Positions 10,910 through 20,404 of a stretch of DNA of 64,000 bases are shown piece by piece (position 1 is the first letter of the stretch; each line of letters starts with the position of its first letter). A program made the position numbers and the translations under genes. The notes below the pieces were generated by a model that was not told where the DNA came from, did no database searches, and was given only the letters and a program-made list of their open reading frames with translations. The stretch spans positions 14,930 through 78,929 of IMG/VR virus record IMGVR_UViG_3300032897_000003, one strand, 5' to 3'. Source of the DNA: a virus.

Positions 10910-11316
10910 AGACGCTGGCCATTCTCCTAATTCTCGCAGCCGGTAGCTCCGGCGGATCAATGGGCGCTGGCGGGGCCGGCACGGGCGGCGTGAAGAACAC
11001 GGGCGGAAGCGTGACCGGAGGGACGCGCGGGACGGGCGGTAGGACAGGAAGCGGCGGTGGAACTGGTGGGTTTAGTACAGGCGGCCATGGAGTGTCGATT
11101 GACGCTGGAAGTGGTGGCAGCCCTGGAACCGGTGGTCGAACGGGAACAGGCGGCAGCCCAGGCGCGGGCGGGCGACCCGGCACCGGAGGGAGTGCAGGCA
11201 CGGGCGGCACTCCAGGCACGGGTGGCATCCCTGGAACCGGTGGTCGACCAGGGACCGGCGGGGCCGGAGGGTATGGTATTTACTACCAGGACGCGAGACT
11301 GCGGAGGACGCAGTGA
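10906..11316 (+). CDS. Gly/Thr-rich (GTGG-repeat) protein with hydrophobic N-terminus
   Basis: MKTLAILLILAAG followed by ~100 aa of GTGG/GSGG repeats. Confidence 0.55.
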   Translation: MKTLAILLILAAGSSGGSMGAGGAGTGGVKNTGGSVTGGTRGTGGRTGSGGGTGGFSTGGHGVSIDAGSGGSPGTGGRTGTGGSPGAGGRPGTGGSAGTGGTPGTGGIPGTGGRPGTGGAGGYGIYYQDARLRRTQ

Positions 11317-11386
11317 TGTGTGATGATTTCGTCGTTTCGAGTTTCAAAATTGCGGGCACCACTGTCTACGGTGGTAGGATCTCTCC

Positions 11387-12166
11387 ATGTCCATCCTAGT
11401 TCGTCGAGCTATAGCGGTTGGCGGTCAACTGGTCCGTGTGGTCTTTTCATCCGAGCCCCGACACAGGAGCAGTGCTGGGCTGGACGACGCGAGAAATGCG
11501 GCCAACTATACCGTGACGATTCTATCCGGTACCGGCCAACCCTTGCGGTGCGTTGGCGTGCAGGCAGATGTCGTGCCCTTTCCGGCATTTGGGGTCACGA
11601 CAAGTGGGGAAGTTGGTGTTGATGTCCAACTCGATCGCCAGATGGTAGTCGGGATGTCATACCGAGTGACCGTCAGCTCGTCGCTCAAGTCGGCGGCTGG
11701 CGAGCTGATCAGTACGACGTTCGCCGCTGACTTTGCCGGGGCAGCCAGGCCCAAGCGAAGTGGGCAACTGCGCAGAAACATTGGCCTCGTGGATCTGGCA
11801 AGCAGTCCGTTCGCCGGAGGGATCCTCGTGGATAGCGCAGGGGACTGGGCTCACCACGAAGGGATCGATGGCACGCACAAGCGCGTGTGGAGAATCGCCC
11901 TGACGGGCAAGGGGGCATTCGCTTGGATGCCCAACTTTGGCATAAGCCATAGGCTGAAGACCCCAGCGACCCTAAGCATGCTCGCGAACCTGCGCACCGA
12001 TTTGAGAGAGCAGATCATTCGCCAGCCTGACGTGGTAGACTCATCGACGCGGGTGATGATGGACCAACGAGGTTTGCTGGAAATCACCATTACGGTGAAG
12101 ACGAGCGGGGGTGAGCAACTCTCGACGTCGGCCCATGCTACGCAAGACGGAGATTTTGTCCCATGA
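11387..12166 (+). CDS. baseplate wedge protein (gp25/gpW-like C-terminal domain)
   Basis: ALTGKGAFAWMPNFGI...LREQIIRQPDV; immediately precedes baseplate J. Confidence 0.65.
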   Translation: MSILVRRAIAVGGQLVRVVFSSEPRHRSSAGLDDARNAANYTVTILSGTGQPLRCVGVQADVVPFPAFGVTTSGEVGVDVQLDRQMVVGMSYRVTVSSSLKSAAGELISTTFAADFAGAARPKRSGQLRRNIGLVDLASSPFAGGILVDSAGDWAHHEGIDGTHKRVWRIALTGKGAFAWMPNFGISHRLKTPATLSMLANLRTDLREQIIRQPDVVDSSTRVMMDQRGLLEITITVKTSGGEQLSTSAHATQDGDFVP

Positions 12167-13299
12167 CGATGTTCGTGAGCCGACAGGATCTATTCGCAGT
12201 AGGTAGGCGGGCCCTGGCTGCGACGCCGGGGATCCGGCTGAACCCAGCTGTGGCCGACATTCCAGGGAGCGACCTGAACGTGGTCCTAGGTATGATGGCG
12301 GTGATTGGAGAGACGATTTCTGCAAGGGGAGCACGAGGGATGCGCGGCTGTTTCGCCGAGCTGGCCCGGGGCTCTCAGCAGGACAGGCTGTTCTACGACC
12401 GGGCGGGTCTGACGAGGTTCGGCACGAACCAAGCCACGGTCGACCTCGAGCTGTTCCGGTCCACGCCGAGCGTGGCGACTCCTGGAACGGTCCACGCCGG
12501 AGACGTCGTGCAGACCCCCAGCGGGGTCCAGTTCGGGTTGAGCAGGGACGCTGTGTTCGGAGACTACGACACCCTCGTTGCTGTCCCAGCCCAGGCATTG
12601 GTGGCAGGCCCAGACGGCAACGTGCCACCGACAGATCTTTCTACTGGCATGGGCGTCAGCTCATTTTCCTCGACACCATTCGATCCCACGCTCCAGGTGC
12701 GAAACACCAGCAGTGCGGCCGGCGGTACCGATGTCGAGGACGATATTCCGTATCTCGGCAGGTACAGGTCCTTTTTCCCGACTCTGAGCAAGGGCGTGAT
12801 GGGGGCCATCGAGTACGGAGCGCTGCAAGTCCCAGGGGTTGCGGTGGCCACGGCGACAGAGATTGCCAATCCCGTGGGTGGTTATCCGGTGGCATTCATC
12901 CAGCTGGTGATCGGTGATCGCAATGGGAACGCGACCAGCACGATGGTGCAGAAGGTGTCCGATATTCTCCTCGACTATCGAGCCTTCGGCATGCCGGTGG
13001 AGGTGCTCATCGGGAGCGTTGTCTACCAGACGGTGCAGTGGAAGCTTGCTTTCCAGGTAGGGGTGGACGAACAGCTTGCGATAGAACGAGTTCGAGCCGT
13101 GACCGTAGCGGTGTCGCAATTCTTGCCCCCGGGCCCCGACCGCGGTGTGCTCTATCGAGCTAACCTGATGGCGGCTGCCAAGCAGGTCCCTGGCGTCGTG
13201 ATCAGGGATGACAGTTTGGTCGACCCGGCGGGAGACATAATCCCGGTGACGACGCAGCAGATGATCCGTGTGTTGCCCACGCAGGTGACTTTTGTCTGA
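12163..13299 (+). CDS. baseplate J-like protein
   Basis: AAGGTDVEDD..Y..R and AIEYGALQVPGVAVATA are characteristic Baseplate_J motifs. Confidence 0.85.
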   Translation: MTMFVSRQDLFAVGRRALAATPGIRLNPAVADIPGSDLNVVLGMMAVIGETISARGARGMRGCFAELARGSQQDRLFYDRAGLTRFGTNQATVDLELFRSTPSVATPGTVHAGDVVQTPSGVQFGLSRDAVFGDYDTLVAVPAQALVAGPDGNVPPTDLSTGMGVSSFSSTPFDPTLQVRNTSSAAGGTDVEDDIPYLGRYRSFFPTLSKGVMGAIEYGALQVPGVAVATATEIANPVGGYPVAFIQLVIGDRNGNATSTMVQKVSDILLDYRAFGMPVEVLIGSVVYQTVQWKLAFQVGVDEQLAIERVRAVTVAVSQFLPPGPDRGVLYRANLMAAAKQVPGVVIRDDSLVDPAGDIIPVTTQQMIRVLPTQVTFV

Positions 13300-14779
13300 T
13301 CGAGATCCTGACATCGCCCTGACGTCTGACGAGGTGCTCGACGTCATCAAGCGCACGTGCGATACCGATTGGGTGGCAGGGATGCTCGCCAGCCCGGACG
13401 GTCAGGCCATCCTAGCTGCTGCTCAAGCGATTGGGGCCAAGGTGAGCGAGGCTCTAGATGAGCAGGTAGGGGCCTGCCAGATCGGGCGGGCTCCAACGGG
13501 ATCGCCCGGGACCTGCAATCTGGTGATCTCGCGGTCGAGCACCACTCCCACAGGGACGATCCCCAATGGATTCAAGTTCGTCACCAAGCTCGGTGTCGAG
13601 CTGTTGGTAAGCGGCGACGTCGCGGTTGCGAATGGACAGGCGAACGTGACGCTGCCACTGCAAAGCCTCCGACAGATCGACCTCGTGAACACGGTAATTG
13701 GCGCCTTCGACGACCAGCTGAAGGCGGGTGACCTCCTGGACAGCATCATCTCCTACGATAGCCCAGCGGTGGTGGACGACAGCGGGAACCCTCTGCTAGG
13801 TTTCGGGGCGGACGTCTTTGGCTACGTGTCCAGCACTCCGATTGACGGCGCGACGATGAATTGGCTCGCCGAGCACGGGAAGGAGCGTGGCTGCCTGCAG
13901 CAACCCGGAGAGGATGGTGAGGCCTACCGGGCGCGAGTGCGCCAGATTCCGGACGCGGTGACTCCGATCGCGGTGCAGACAGCTGTGCTCGGTGCGAAGT
14001 CGCAGGGACAGCTCCGGGAGCTATACGCAGTCGAGCCGATGCCTGACCAATCGAGTGTCACCGCTAGGTCGGTCATCAATTTGGTTTTCGCCGATGCTCC
14101 CTACTGTGACGACTCCTACTGCGACGATCCATTCGGAGCCGACCTGGCAGCGAAAGGTCCCTTCCGCACGATTGAGATGCCGGATATGCGGGGCAGTCGG
14201 GCATACTTTCGCGAATCGGTCTACGGCAACCCCATCGAGACCGATGGCCTCGTGTTTTATGCCGACGAGTCCTACTGCGACGATCCGATGTGGGGCTATG
14301 CGGATGTTGGCCAGCATCCCAGTATCACGGCTGCCTTGCGCGCGATCCAGGAGGAGGCGCGATCCAAGCGAGCCGGCGGGGTGCAATTCGACCTCACGAT
14401 CGAAAATGCAACGATCGCCCATGGGCAGACAGCCGCAGCCAACCCCCCCGGCTCGGCCGCCGTGATCTGGTCGCTAGAGGCTCCCAGTGGAAAGGCATGG
14501 TACATCCGCGAGGGTCTGGTCAGCTGCAACATCGACGGGGCAGGGGCCATTGACCCGGCCACCGACGAATTCCGCATTGTGATTACGCAGGTTGGCGGAG
14601 GCGTTCTCCAGTCCGACTGGTGGCACTCCATTTCTAGTCTGCCTATTCGCCGCAGCCAGCTTGAGAAAATGGGGTACTACGGGACGATCGTGGCGAAGAT
14701 CGAAGGGTTGATTTACAGCTCGGTTCCCAATACCCTCAACCTCGTCGGGACATTTTGGGTTACAGAAGTGACCCTCTGA
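13292..14779 (+). CDS. baseplate wedge protein (gpI-like)
   Basis: WLAEHGKERG...PGEDGEAYRARV motif; follows J. Confidence 0.6.
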   Translation: MSDRDPDIALTSDEVLDVIKRTCDTDWVAGMLASPDGQAILAAAQAIGAKVSEALDEQVGACQIGRAPTGSPGTCNLVISRSSTTPTGTIPNGFKFVTKLGVELLVSGDVAVANGQANVTLPLQSLRQIDLVNTVIGAFDDQLKAGDLLDSIISYDSPAVVDDSGNPLLGFGADVFGYVSSTPIDGATMNWLAEHGKERGCLQQPGEDGEAYRARVRQIPDAVTPIAVQTAVLGAKSQGQLRELYAVEPMPDQSSVTARSVINLVFADAPYCDDSYCDDPFGADLAAKGPFRTIEMPDMRGSRAYFRESVYGNPIETDGLVFYADESYCDDPMWGYADVGQHPSITAALRAIQEEARSKRAGGVQFDLTIENATIAHGQTAAANPPGSAAVIWSLEAPSGKAWYIREGLVSCNIDGAGAIDPATDEFRIVITQVGGGVLQSDWWHSISSLPIRRSQLEKMGYYGTIVAKIEGLIYSSVPNTLNLVGTFWVTEVTL

Positions 14780-14788
14780 AAGGAACAC

Positions 14789-16258
14789 ATGCCAGGTCAA
14801 AGAACGCGAGAACAGTGGGTCAGTCGAGAGCTCGTAGTCTCAAGTGACCTGGTCCGCATCGGCCAACTCTCAGCCATGGAAGCACAGAATGCCGACGCGC
14901 TGAAGTCGATACGAAACGATGGCTACAACCCAGAGACCAACACGTTCGACGATCTCAGCGCTGCTGCTAAGGCCGCGAATTCTGGCGATCCGATGTTCGG
15001 TTTGAACCTTGCTCCGTCGCTGGACGGGATAGTCGGATCATTCGATATGACGATCGGTACCGGCGAAGGGTATGTCGTCGGCTCCGGGACGATTCCAGGG
15101 GACGAGTCGGCGTACCAGATATGTCGTTGGGATGGACAGCGAATAGCCTGGCCAGCCGATGGCGTCCCGGATCCGAGCCATCGCAGAATCTGTACGATCT
15201 ATGCGACGCCGGGAGACGGAGCGGCGGATCCGCAGAGCCGCAATATCCTCGTCAACCCGTCGACTCGCGAGGTTGCTCCTGTTACATCGTACAAGACCAG
15301 CAAGCCCGTCGCTACGATCGCGGTAGTCGTAGGGTCGCCATCGTCGGCGCCAGTGCCTCCGACCGTGCCTGATGGCTCGCTGCCACTTTTTGACGTCAGC
15401 GTGGAGGCTGGAGCCACAGATTCGACGGGGTTCGTCGCTGTCAGGCGTGCGTGGCGTCGGATTGAATTCCCAGGCTCCGCCATGCACGGGATCGTAGATG
15501 GCTGCGTGCCAGACCTGACGTCAGTGATGACACCGCATCTCAAGCTGAGCGCCCATCGTTTGGTCATCGATGGCGAGATGCTCGCCTTTGCTACGGCAAT
15601 CTCCGTCTTTTTCAGCACGGACACGGCGAATAATCCCGGCGCCGCGCCGGCTGGGAATGACCTACCGACGTATCTCTACCTTTGCGGTGGCAGGCATCAG
15701 CCGGTCACAGTGATGGGTATTCCGGTGGCGATCATCGAAAGCGCGACGCCTCCAGACCAGTTCGGCTATCCCACGGCAGATCTCGGTATGGCTGGAAACC
15801 TGTACTTCCACGCAGTGACCTTCCCGCGGGCTGCCTGTTGTTTCATCGGGGTGAAGTTCCGCGGAGCTGGCAGCTCCAACGGAGTTCCCTGTTATTACTC
15901 AGGAGATTGGATCTATCCGACCCGCTTGAGCTCATTTGTACAGCCAGTGGTCAGCACTGACTCGTCGTCTGGATACCAGGCTGTTACGATGCCGACCATA
16001 CCGGCATGCTCGACAGATATGCTGTTGCGATTGTTTTTCACAGGAACGGCGAGCCCGTACGTATCGGTGGCGACCGCCACGTCCGACACAGACATTGTGC
16101 TGCTGGCTGTGAAGTATGGCGGAGCCACGGTGGGGGTAAGTACGATCACGGGTCACTGCCTTGCGCTGGGCACGCTTTACCACAAGGGACTCACGAGTCC
16201 TGACAGTATCTACATCAAGGCCGCCGGCTTCAACATGAATGTGCCCAGACTGAAGTAG
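14789..16258 (+). CDS. tail fibre / baseplate-attached protein
   Basis: PVPPTVPDGSLPLFDVSV type N-terminal fibre anchor; last gene of the tail module. Confidence 0.5.
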   Translation: MPGQRTREQWVSRELVVSSDLVRIGQLSAMEAQNADALKSIRNDGYNPETNTFDDLSAAAKAANSGDPMFGLNLAPSLDGIVGSFDMTIGTGEGYVVGSGTIPGDESAYQICRWDGQRIAWPADGVPDPSHRRICTIYATPGDGAADPQSRNILVNPSTREVAPVTSYKTSKPVATIAVVVGSPSSAPVPPTVPDGSLPLFDVSVEAGATDSTGFVAVRRAWRRIEFPGSAMHGIVDGCVPDLTSVMTPHLKLSAHRLVIDGEMLAFATAISVFFSTDTANNPGAAPAGNDLPTYLYLCGGRHQPVTVMGIPVAIIESATPPDQFGYPTADLGMAGNLYFHAVTFPRAACCFIGVKFRGAGSSNGVPCYYSGDWIYPTRLSSFVQPVVSTDSSSGYQAVTMPTIPACSTDMLLRLFFTGTASPYVSVATATSDTDIVLLAVKYGGATVGVSTITGHCLALGTLYHKGLTSPDSIYIKAAGFNMNVPRLK

Positions 16259-16313
16259 TTCCCAGCGCTTGAAGCGCAGTAGTTGCAGTAGTCCCTGAAA
16301 ATTGAGGTTGTTG

Positions 16314-16679
16314 ATGTCCCACAAGAAATTGAGCGATACCGACGAGAATGAAGCGGTACCAGAATCCGTTGGTGCGGTGGCGCAGGTGCCAGTTGGGATT
16401 GAAGACCTCATTGACATGAGATCGGGGGCGAAGGTGTCCAGGCACGCCTCGACCTGTCCGGCGGCTAAGGCCTACCAGAAGATGCTTGGGGTGGCCGCCG
16501 TTGCAGTGCTCGTCATCGGCATGATCGTGTGGCTTGGGCAGAGCGCAACCGAGAAGAAGATCGACGACGCCGTCGAATCCGCATTTCAGAAGAGGATGCC
16601 GTACATCCAATTGCTGATCAAGCAGGAGCGGGCCGGTATGTCGCTCGTGCCGAGCGCTGCTGCCGCCACATCAAAATAG
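16314..16679 (+). CDS. single-TM membrane protein, possible holin/lysis accessory
   Basis: One hydrophobic helix (LGVAAVAVLVIGMIVWLG), directly upstream of the amidase. Confidence 0.4.
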   Translation: MSHKKLSDTDENEAVPESVGAVAQVPVGIEDLIDMRSGAKVSRHASTCPAAKAYQKMLGVAAVAVLVIGMIVWLGQSATEKKIDDAVESAFQKRMPYIQLLIKQERAGMSLVPSAAAATSK

Positions 16680-16687
16680 GAGGGACC

Positions 16688-17266
16688 ATGCTGGACCAGA
16701 TTCCGTTTGTGCAGGCTCGTTATTGGAAGGCAGCTGACCGTGCCGACGTGAAGTACGTCGTGATCCACACGATGGAGTTGCCCTGCCAGGTTGGCATCGC
16801 CGAGCGGCTCGCCGATCGCATGGCTGCGCTTCCGGCGGGGCTGCCAAAAGAAAAACAGAAGTCGGCTCACTACTACATCGACCCGGACGAGATCTACCAG
16901 GGCGTGATCGAGAAGCATGTCGCCTTCCACTGCCGCAAGGCCAATCGCGAAGGTATCGGGATCGAGCACTCGGCTTACGCGTACGACGTGTTCGCAGAGG
17001 GCAAGATGATTGCGCGCGCGACCGACTTTGCCAGTCCGGAGGCGCTAGCCATGCTCGAGCGCTCCGCCGAGCTCGTGGCGAGTATTTGCAAGCGGTGGAG
17101 CATTCCGGTCGTGCGGTTGATGCCGGGCCAGATTGCCAGCGGACGAGGCATCGTTGGCCACGTCGACGTGATGACCGAGTTCCCCGGGTCTGGCACCCAT
17201 CGCGATCCGGGCCCGCGGTGGCCATGGTCCATGTACCTGCAGTTGGTGAAGCAGGCGATGGCGTAA
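16688..17266 (+). CDS. endolysin, N-acetylmuramoyl-L-alanine amidase (Amidase_2)
   Basis: VVIHTME, SAHYYID, AFHC, IGIEH, IVGHVDV, HRDPGPRWPW zinc-amidase motifs; AGGAGG RBS. Confidence 0.9.
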   Translation: MLDQIPFVQARYWKAADRADVKYVVIHTMELPCQVGIAERLADRMAALPAGLPKEKQKSAHYYIDPDEIYQGVIEKHVAFHCRKANREGIGIEHSAYAYDVFAEGKMIARATDFASPEALAMLERSAELVASICKRWSIPVVRLMPGQIASGRGIVGHVDVMTEFPGSGTHRDPGPRWPWSMYLQLVKQAMA

Positions 17267-17279
17267 GCCGCAAGCTCAT

Positions 17280-17290
17280 CGACAATAATC
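17280..17290 (+). promoter_or_regulatory. CGACAATAATC motif (first of about 9 dispersed copies)
   Basis: Copies or variants at 17280, 21042, 23139, 25476, 27416, 36943, 51787, 63037, 63504; all on + and just upstream of starts. Confidence 0.7.
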
Positions 17291-17297
17291 ACGATGC

Positions 17298-17684
17298 ATG
17301 GAAGCTCCAGTGCGTGAGAGACTGCCCTCAGAGCGAAGTGGGGTGACGAAGAAGATCCACCTGCACTACACCGTCGAACAGCAGCTACGCGAACTGAAGC
17401 TGTATATCACGATCGGTGAGTACCCAGATGGCCGGCCGGGCGAGGTGTTCCTCAAGGTCGACAAGATGGGCTCGACGATCAGCGGCTTGATGGATGCTCT
17501 GTCGATCACGCTGTCGATCGGGCTGCAGCACGGGGTGCCGCTCGCCGAGTACCTCGACAAGCTCGTGAATATGCGGTTTGAACCGATGGGGACGACCGAG
17601 GACGCGGACCTGCCCAGGGTGACCTCAATCGTCGATGCGGTGGCGCGGTACCTCTCCAGACGCTACCCTAAGCCTGGGGCGTGA
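17298..17684 (+). CDS. stand-alone TSCPD-like domain (C-terminal part of class II ribonucleotide reductase, NrdJb-like)
   Basis: RERLPSERSGVTKK, YITIGEYPDGRPGEVF, SIGLQHGVPL, MRFEPMG, TSIVDAVAR. Confidence 0.85.
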   Translation: MEAPVRERLPSERSGVTKKIHLHYTVEQQLRELKLYITIGEYPDGRPGEVFLKVDKMGSTISGLMDALSITLSIGLQHGVPLAEYLDKLVNMRFEPMGTTEDADLPRVTSIVDAVARYLSRRYPKPGA

Positions 17685-17754
17685 TTCCTGACGTCCTCGC
17701 ACAGAGGCGTAACTATTCACGAATTGGTTCGTGCGTTTTCTTGTCGAATTTTAC

Positions 17755-17783
17755 TTGCGAACCTAACGAATCTAGCGTATCTT
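17755..17783 (+). promoter_or_regulatory. sigma70-like promoter (TTGCGA-17-TATCTT), probably leaderless transcript
   Basis: In-frame ATG at 17790, 6 nt after the -10; AT-rich upstream. Confidence 0.55.
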
Positions 17784-17789
17784 ATGATC

Positions 17790-18065
17790 ATGATGATCAA
17801 CACACGGACACAGGAGACGACGGCGACCCTCTCCTTCTTCCGCACCTTCGGCGCGACGGGACGGATTGATACCATCGAGTTTGCTACCGGAGACGAGCTG
17901 GCGCGTTATATCGAATCCGAGCAGGGAATGGGCGAGTGGATCTACGTCACAATGGCGCGTGCTGATGCTGAGCGCCTGGGCCTGTTCCAGCATGAACTCG
18001 GGTTTTTGGCCATCCCGGCACCAGCGGCGGTCTGGGGTTGCGTGTCCATTCAGCATCTCAACTAG
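17790..18065 (+). CDS. hypothetical early protein
   Basis: ORF behind the promoter. Confidence 0.55.
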   Translation: MMINTRTQETTATLSFFRTFGATGRIDTIEFATGDELARYIESEQGMGEWIYVTMARADAERLGLFQHELGFLAIPAPAAVWGCVSIQHLN

Positions 18066-18167
18066 TAGGCTCCCGCGTCCCTGCCCCTCTCCGAGCCACC
18101 TCGGAGACGGACAGAGGCGAGGAGCCCCGAGCCGGCCGGTTGCCGGCGAATCCACGGAGAAAATCAC

Positions 18168-18551
18168 ATGACCACTACCACCACTACCATCACCCACGAA
18201 GGCACCCAAATCACTGCGTCCGAGGCATCCTGGCGCGCTCTCGGATTCCAGCTGTTGCTCGATGGCAATAGCGATAGATTGATGCTAGGCGCTGGCCCGC
18301 ATGGAATCGAGGCTCTGCTGTATTTTGGCATCCAACAGGCGGGCACTCGCGACGAGCGCGCCGTAATCGCCGCCATCGTCGAGCGTGATCGACGAGCCGA
18401 AGAGCGCACGAAAGCAACGGCCCAAGCCCGTCTCGCGGAATCTCTCGGAGCCCTAGCACGAGAATTCCACGCCGAGACGGCCGAACAGCTCGTAGCGCGA
18501 CTGCCCGACAAGATCAGGCCGTACGTCGCAAAGATCATGCAGCAGCGATAG
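18168..18551 (+). CDS. hypothetical early protein
   Basis: GGAGA RBS. Confidence 0.6.
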   Translation: MTTTTTTITHEGTQITASEASWRALGFQLLLDGNSDRLMLGAGPHGIEALLYFGIQQAGTRDERAVIAAIVERDRRAEERTKATAQARLAESLGALAREFHAETAEQLVARLPDKIRPYVAKIMQQR

Positions 18552-18554
18552 CTT

Positions 18555-18620
18555 CCCGCGCGCTTCGGCGCGCTCTGCTCACGATCGTCGCGGGCAGAGC
18601 GGACTGAAGAACGGAGGGGG
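18555..18620 (+). repeat. structured intergenic repeat, copy 1
   Basis: CCCGCGCGCTTCGGCGCGCTCTGC...GAGCGGA, ending in a GGAGGGG RBS. Confidence 0.85.
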
Positions 18621-18626
18621 GTGGCC

Positions 18627-18938
18627 ATGACGACGCAAACGACGGAGACGAAGAAGATGGATTGGAACGCCACGCGCAATTATGTCAAGAAATACTGGAT
18701 TGTCGCCGAGTTGGCAGACAAGAACCTCCTGCCTAAAGACGCCGAGGCGATCGTCGCGGAATACGCGGGAAAGCTCTCGGTCAAGCAAATTGGCATCGTG
18801 TGCGGCTCGCTCGGCACCATCTGGATCGAAATCTATGTGTCAGCGTCTGACAAGGACGCTCTCTTCGTAGCGTTCGAGGCCGACGACCGGATCGCGGAGT
18901 ATCACCAGAGCGGACCCGGATCCGTGTCGCCTCTGTAG
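18627..18938 (+). CDS. hypothetical early protein
   Basis: Flanked by the two repeat copies. Confidence 0.6.
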   Translation: MTTQTTETKKMDWNATRNYVKKYWIVAELADKNLLPKDAEAIVAEYAGKLSVKQIGIVCGSLGTIWIEIYVSASDKDALFVAFEADDRIAEYHQSGPGSVSPL

Positions 18939-18941
18939 CAC

Positions 18942-19007
18942 CCCGCGCGCTTCGGCGCGCTCTGCCCACGAGCCTCGCGGGTGGAGCGGACCGAAACACA
19001 GGAGGGG
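18942..19007 (+). repeat. structured intergenic repeat, copy 2
   Basis: First 24 nt identical to copy 1; stem changes preserve pairing through G-U. Confidence 0.85.
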
Positions 19008-19011
19008 ACCA

Positions 19012-19402
19012 GTGGACCAGGTACACCACACGAACGGCTCGAGAGCGCTTGCGCGGCAGCCACAGGAGCACCTAATCGCGATGATCAGAGCGATACCGGC
19101 GAAGTACCGCCGGGCCTCCCTACGCAGGCTGCTCCGGCTGGGGAACATCAGCGAGGCTACCTACCACTCCCGAATGCGGGAGATCATGACCATCGGACTC
19201 TAGGAGGACCACCATGTTGCAGTTGCGCGTTGTGAAAGTGGAACGGCCAATCGGATCCATGGCATGTGCTGTCGGCGTGGACAAGAAGGGGCGCAAGGTG
19301 CGCTTCCTTGGCGACGCCCGGATGATGGTGGACGTCTCCGAGGCCCTGCGCTCCAGACGTCGGCCACGGGTGACAGTCGAGTTTTGGCAGGTCGTAGCCT
19401 AG
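19012..19402 (+). CDS. two small hypothetical proteins (19012-19203, 19214-19402)
   Basis: Both have strong GGAGG RBSs. Confidence 0.55.
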
Positions 19403-19408
19403 AAGGGC

Positions 19409-19437
19409 TTGCAAGAAGACATCACGTAACTTACACT
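19409..19437 (+). promoter_or_regulatory. sigma70-like promoter TTGCAA-17-TACACT
   Basis: Intergenic, canonical spacing. Confidence 0.6.
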
Positions 19438-19464
19438 ACTGAAACATCTGACGGAGGTAGGACC

Positions 19465-19865
19465 ATGCACGAGGGACCAAGTGCACTCCAGCATCGGCAT
19501 CATTGCCCGCATTGCCACAGGGTGACCATCGATTCTAACCGCGACGTCGTCACTTGCAGCAACCCAGCTTGCGGCAAGCTGATCGAAACGCCACCGCAGG
19601 CGACCATGCTGCTCAGTAAGGCAGCGTTTGGGTCTCTGGTGGAGGAGTCTCAGCGATGACCGGGCGCCATTTGACAGTGAAGCTCCACGGCGGTGGAGAG
19701 GCCGAGTCGATCGATTTGGCTTACACCGGCGGTCCGGAGGGGAAGCTGCAGCTCGACATCTGGGCCCGCGGTGGCCGGCAGGATGGCGTACCTGCGATCC
19801 AGATCCTTGCGACGGGGCAGGATGTCTCCAACGTGCTGAAGGCCATCAAGTCGGTGATGCCGTGA
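19465..19865 (+). CDS. zinc-ribbon protein (19465-19659) and small hypothetical protein (19656-19865)
   Basis: CPHC...CSNPAC; ATGA coupling. Confidence 0.55.
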
Positions 19866-20404
19866 GATCTGCCTACCTCACAATGCCCACGGCAGTCCGA
19901 GCTGTGGTGAACAACTACAGCGCGCGGGCCCCGTGGCTGCGAGACGACCTCGAACAGGAGGCCATCATTGCGATGATGGTCGCGAAGAAGGCGTGGAAAC
20001 CCGGTCTCGCGCCGCTCGACCTGTTCCAGGCCAAGATCGTGGCGCGCGAGCTGCGCTTCTTCATCGCCCGATCGTCGAGCCCTGTGTCGGCGACCAGGGA
20101 GGTGTTCCTCAAGCGGCAGTTTCAGACAGAGACGCTCGACCCGAGCAATGAGCTTGGGCGGGCTGTCCATCCAGCGATGGAATTCGAGATGGACCTGAAG
20201 CGGGCTGTGGCCGAGGTCGTGCGAATCCTCGACGGGGTCGACTCCGGGACTGCCGACGTCATCCTTGGCGAGTCCCCGTCCCGCGAGGTGGCGAAGTCGG
20301 CGCGACTGCCCATTCGCACGGTCTACAAGCGCGTCTGGAAGGCTCGTCAACAGCTGCACCGAAACCCGCGCCTCAAGGCGTATCTGGAAGGAGAATCCTC
20401 GTGA
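19862..20404 (+). CDS. phage sigma-70/ECF-like sigma factor
   Basis: Region 2-like RDDLEQEAIIAM and region 4-like HTH SREVAKSARLPIRTVYKRVWKARQQL. Confidence 0.7.
   Translation: MRSAYLTMPTAVRAVVNNYSARAPWLRDDLEQEAIIAMMVAKKAWKPGLAPLDLFQAKIVARELRFFIARSSSPVSATREVFLKRQFQTETLDPSNELGRAVHPAMEFEMDLKRAVAEVVRILDGVDSGTADVILGESPSREVAKSARLPIRTVYKRVWKARQQLHRNPRLKAYLEGESS

Noticed and set aside
8398-16258. Diversity-generating retroelement acting on fibre genes
   Set aside because: No reverse transcriptase and no template/variable repeat pair seen in the window.
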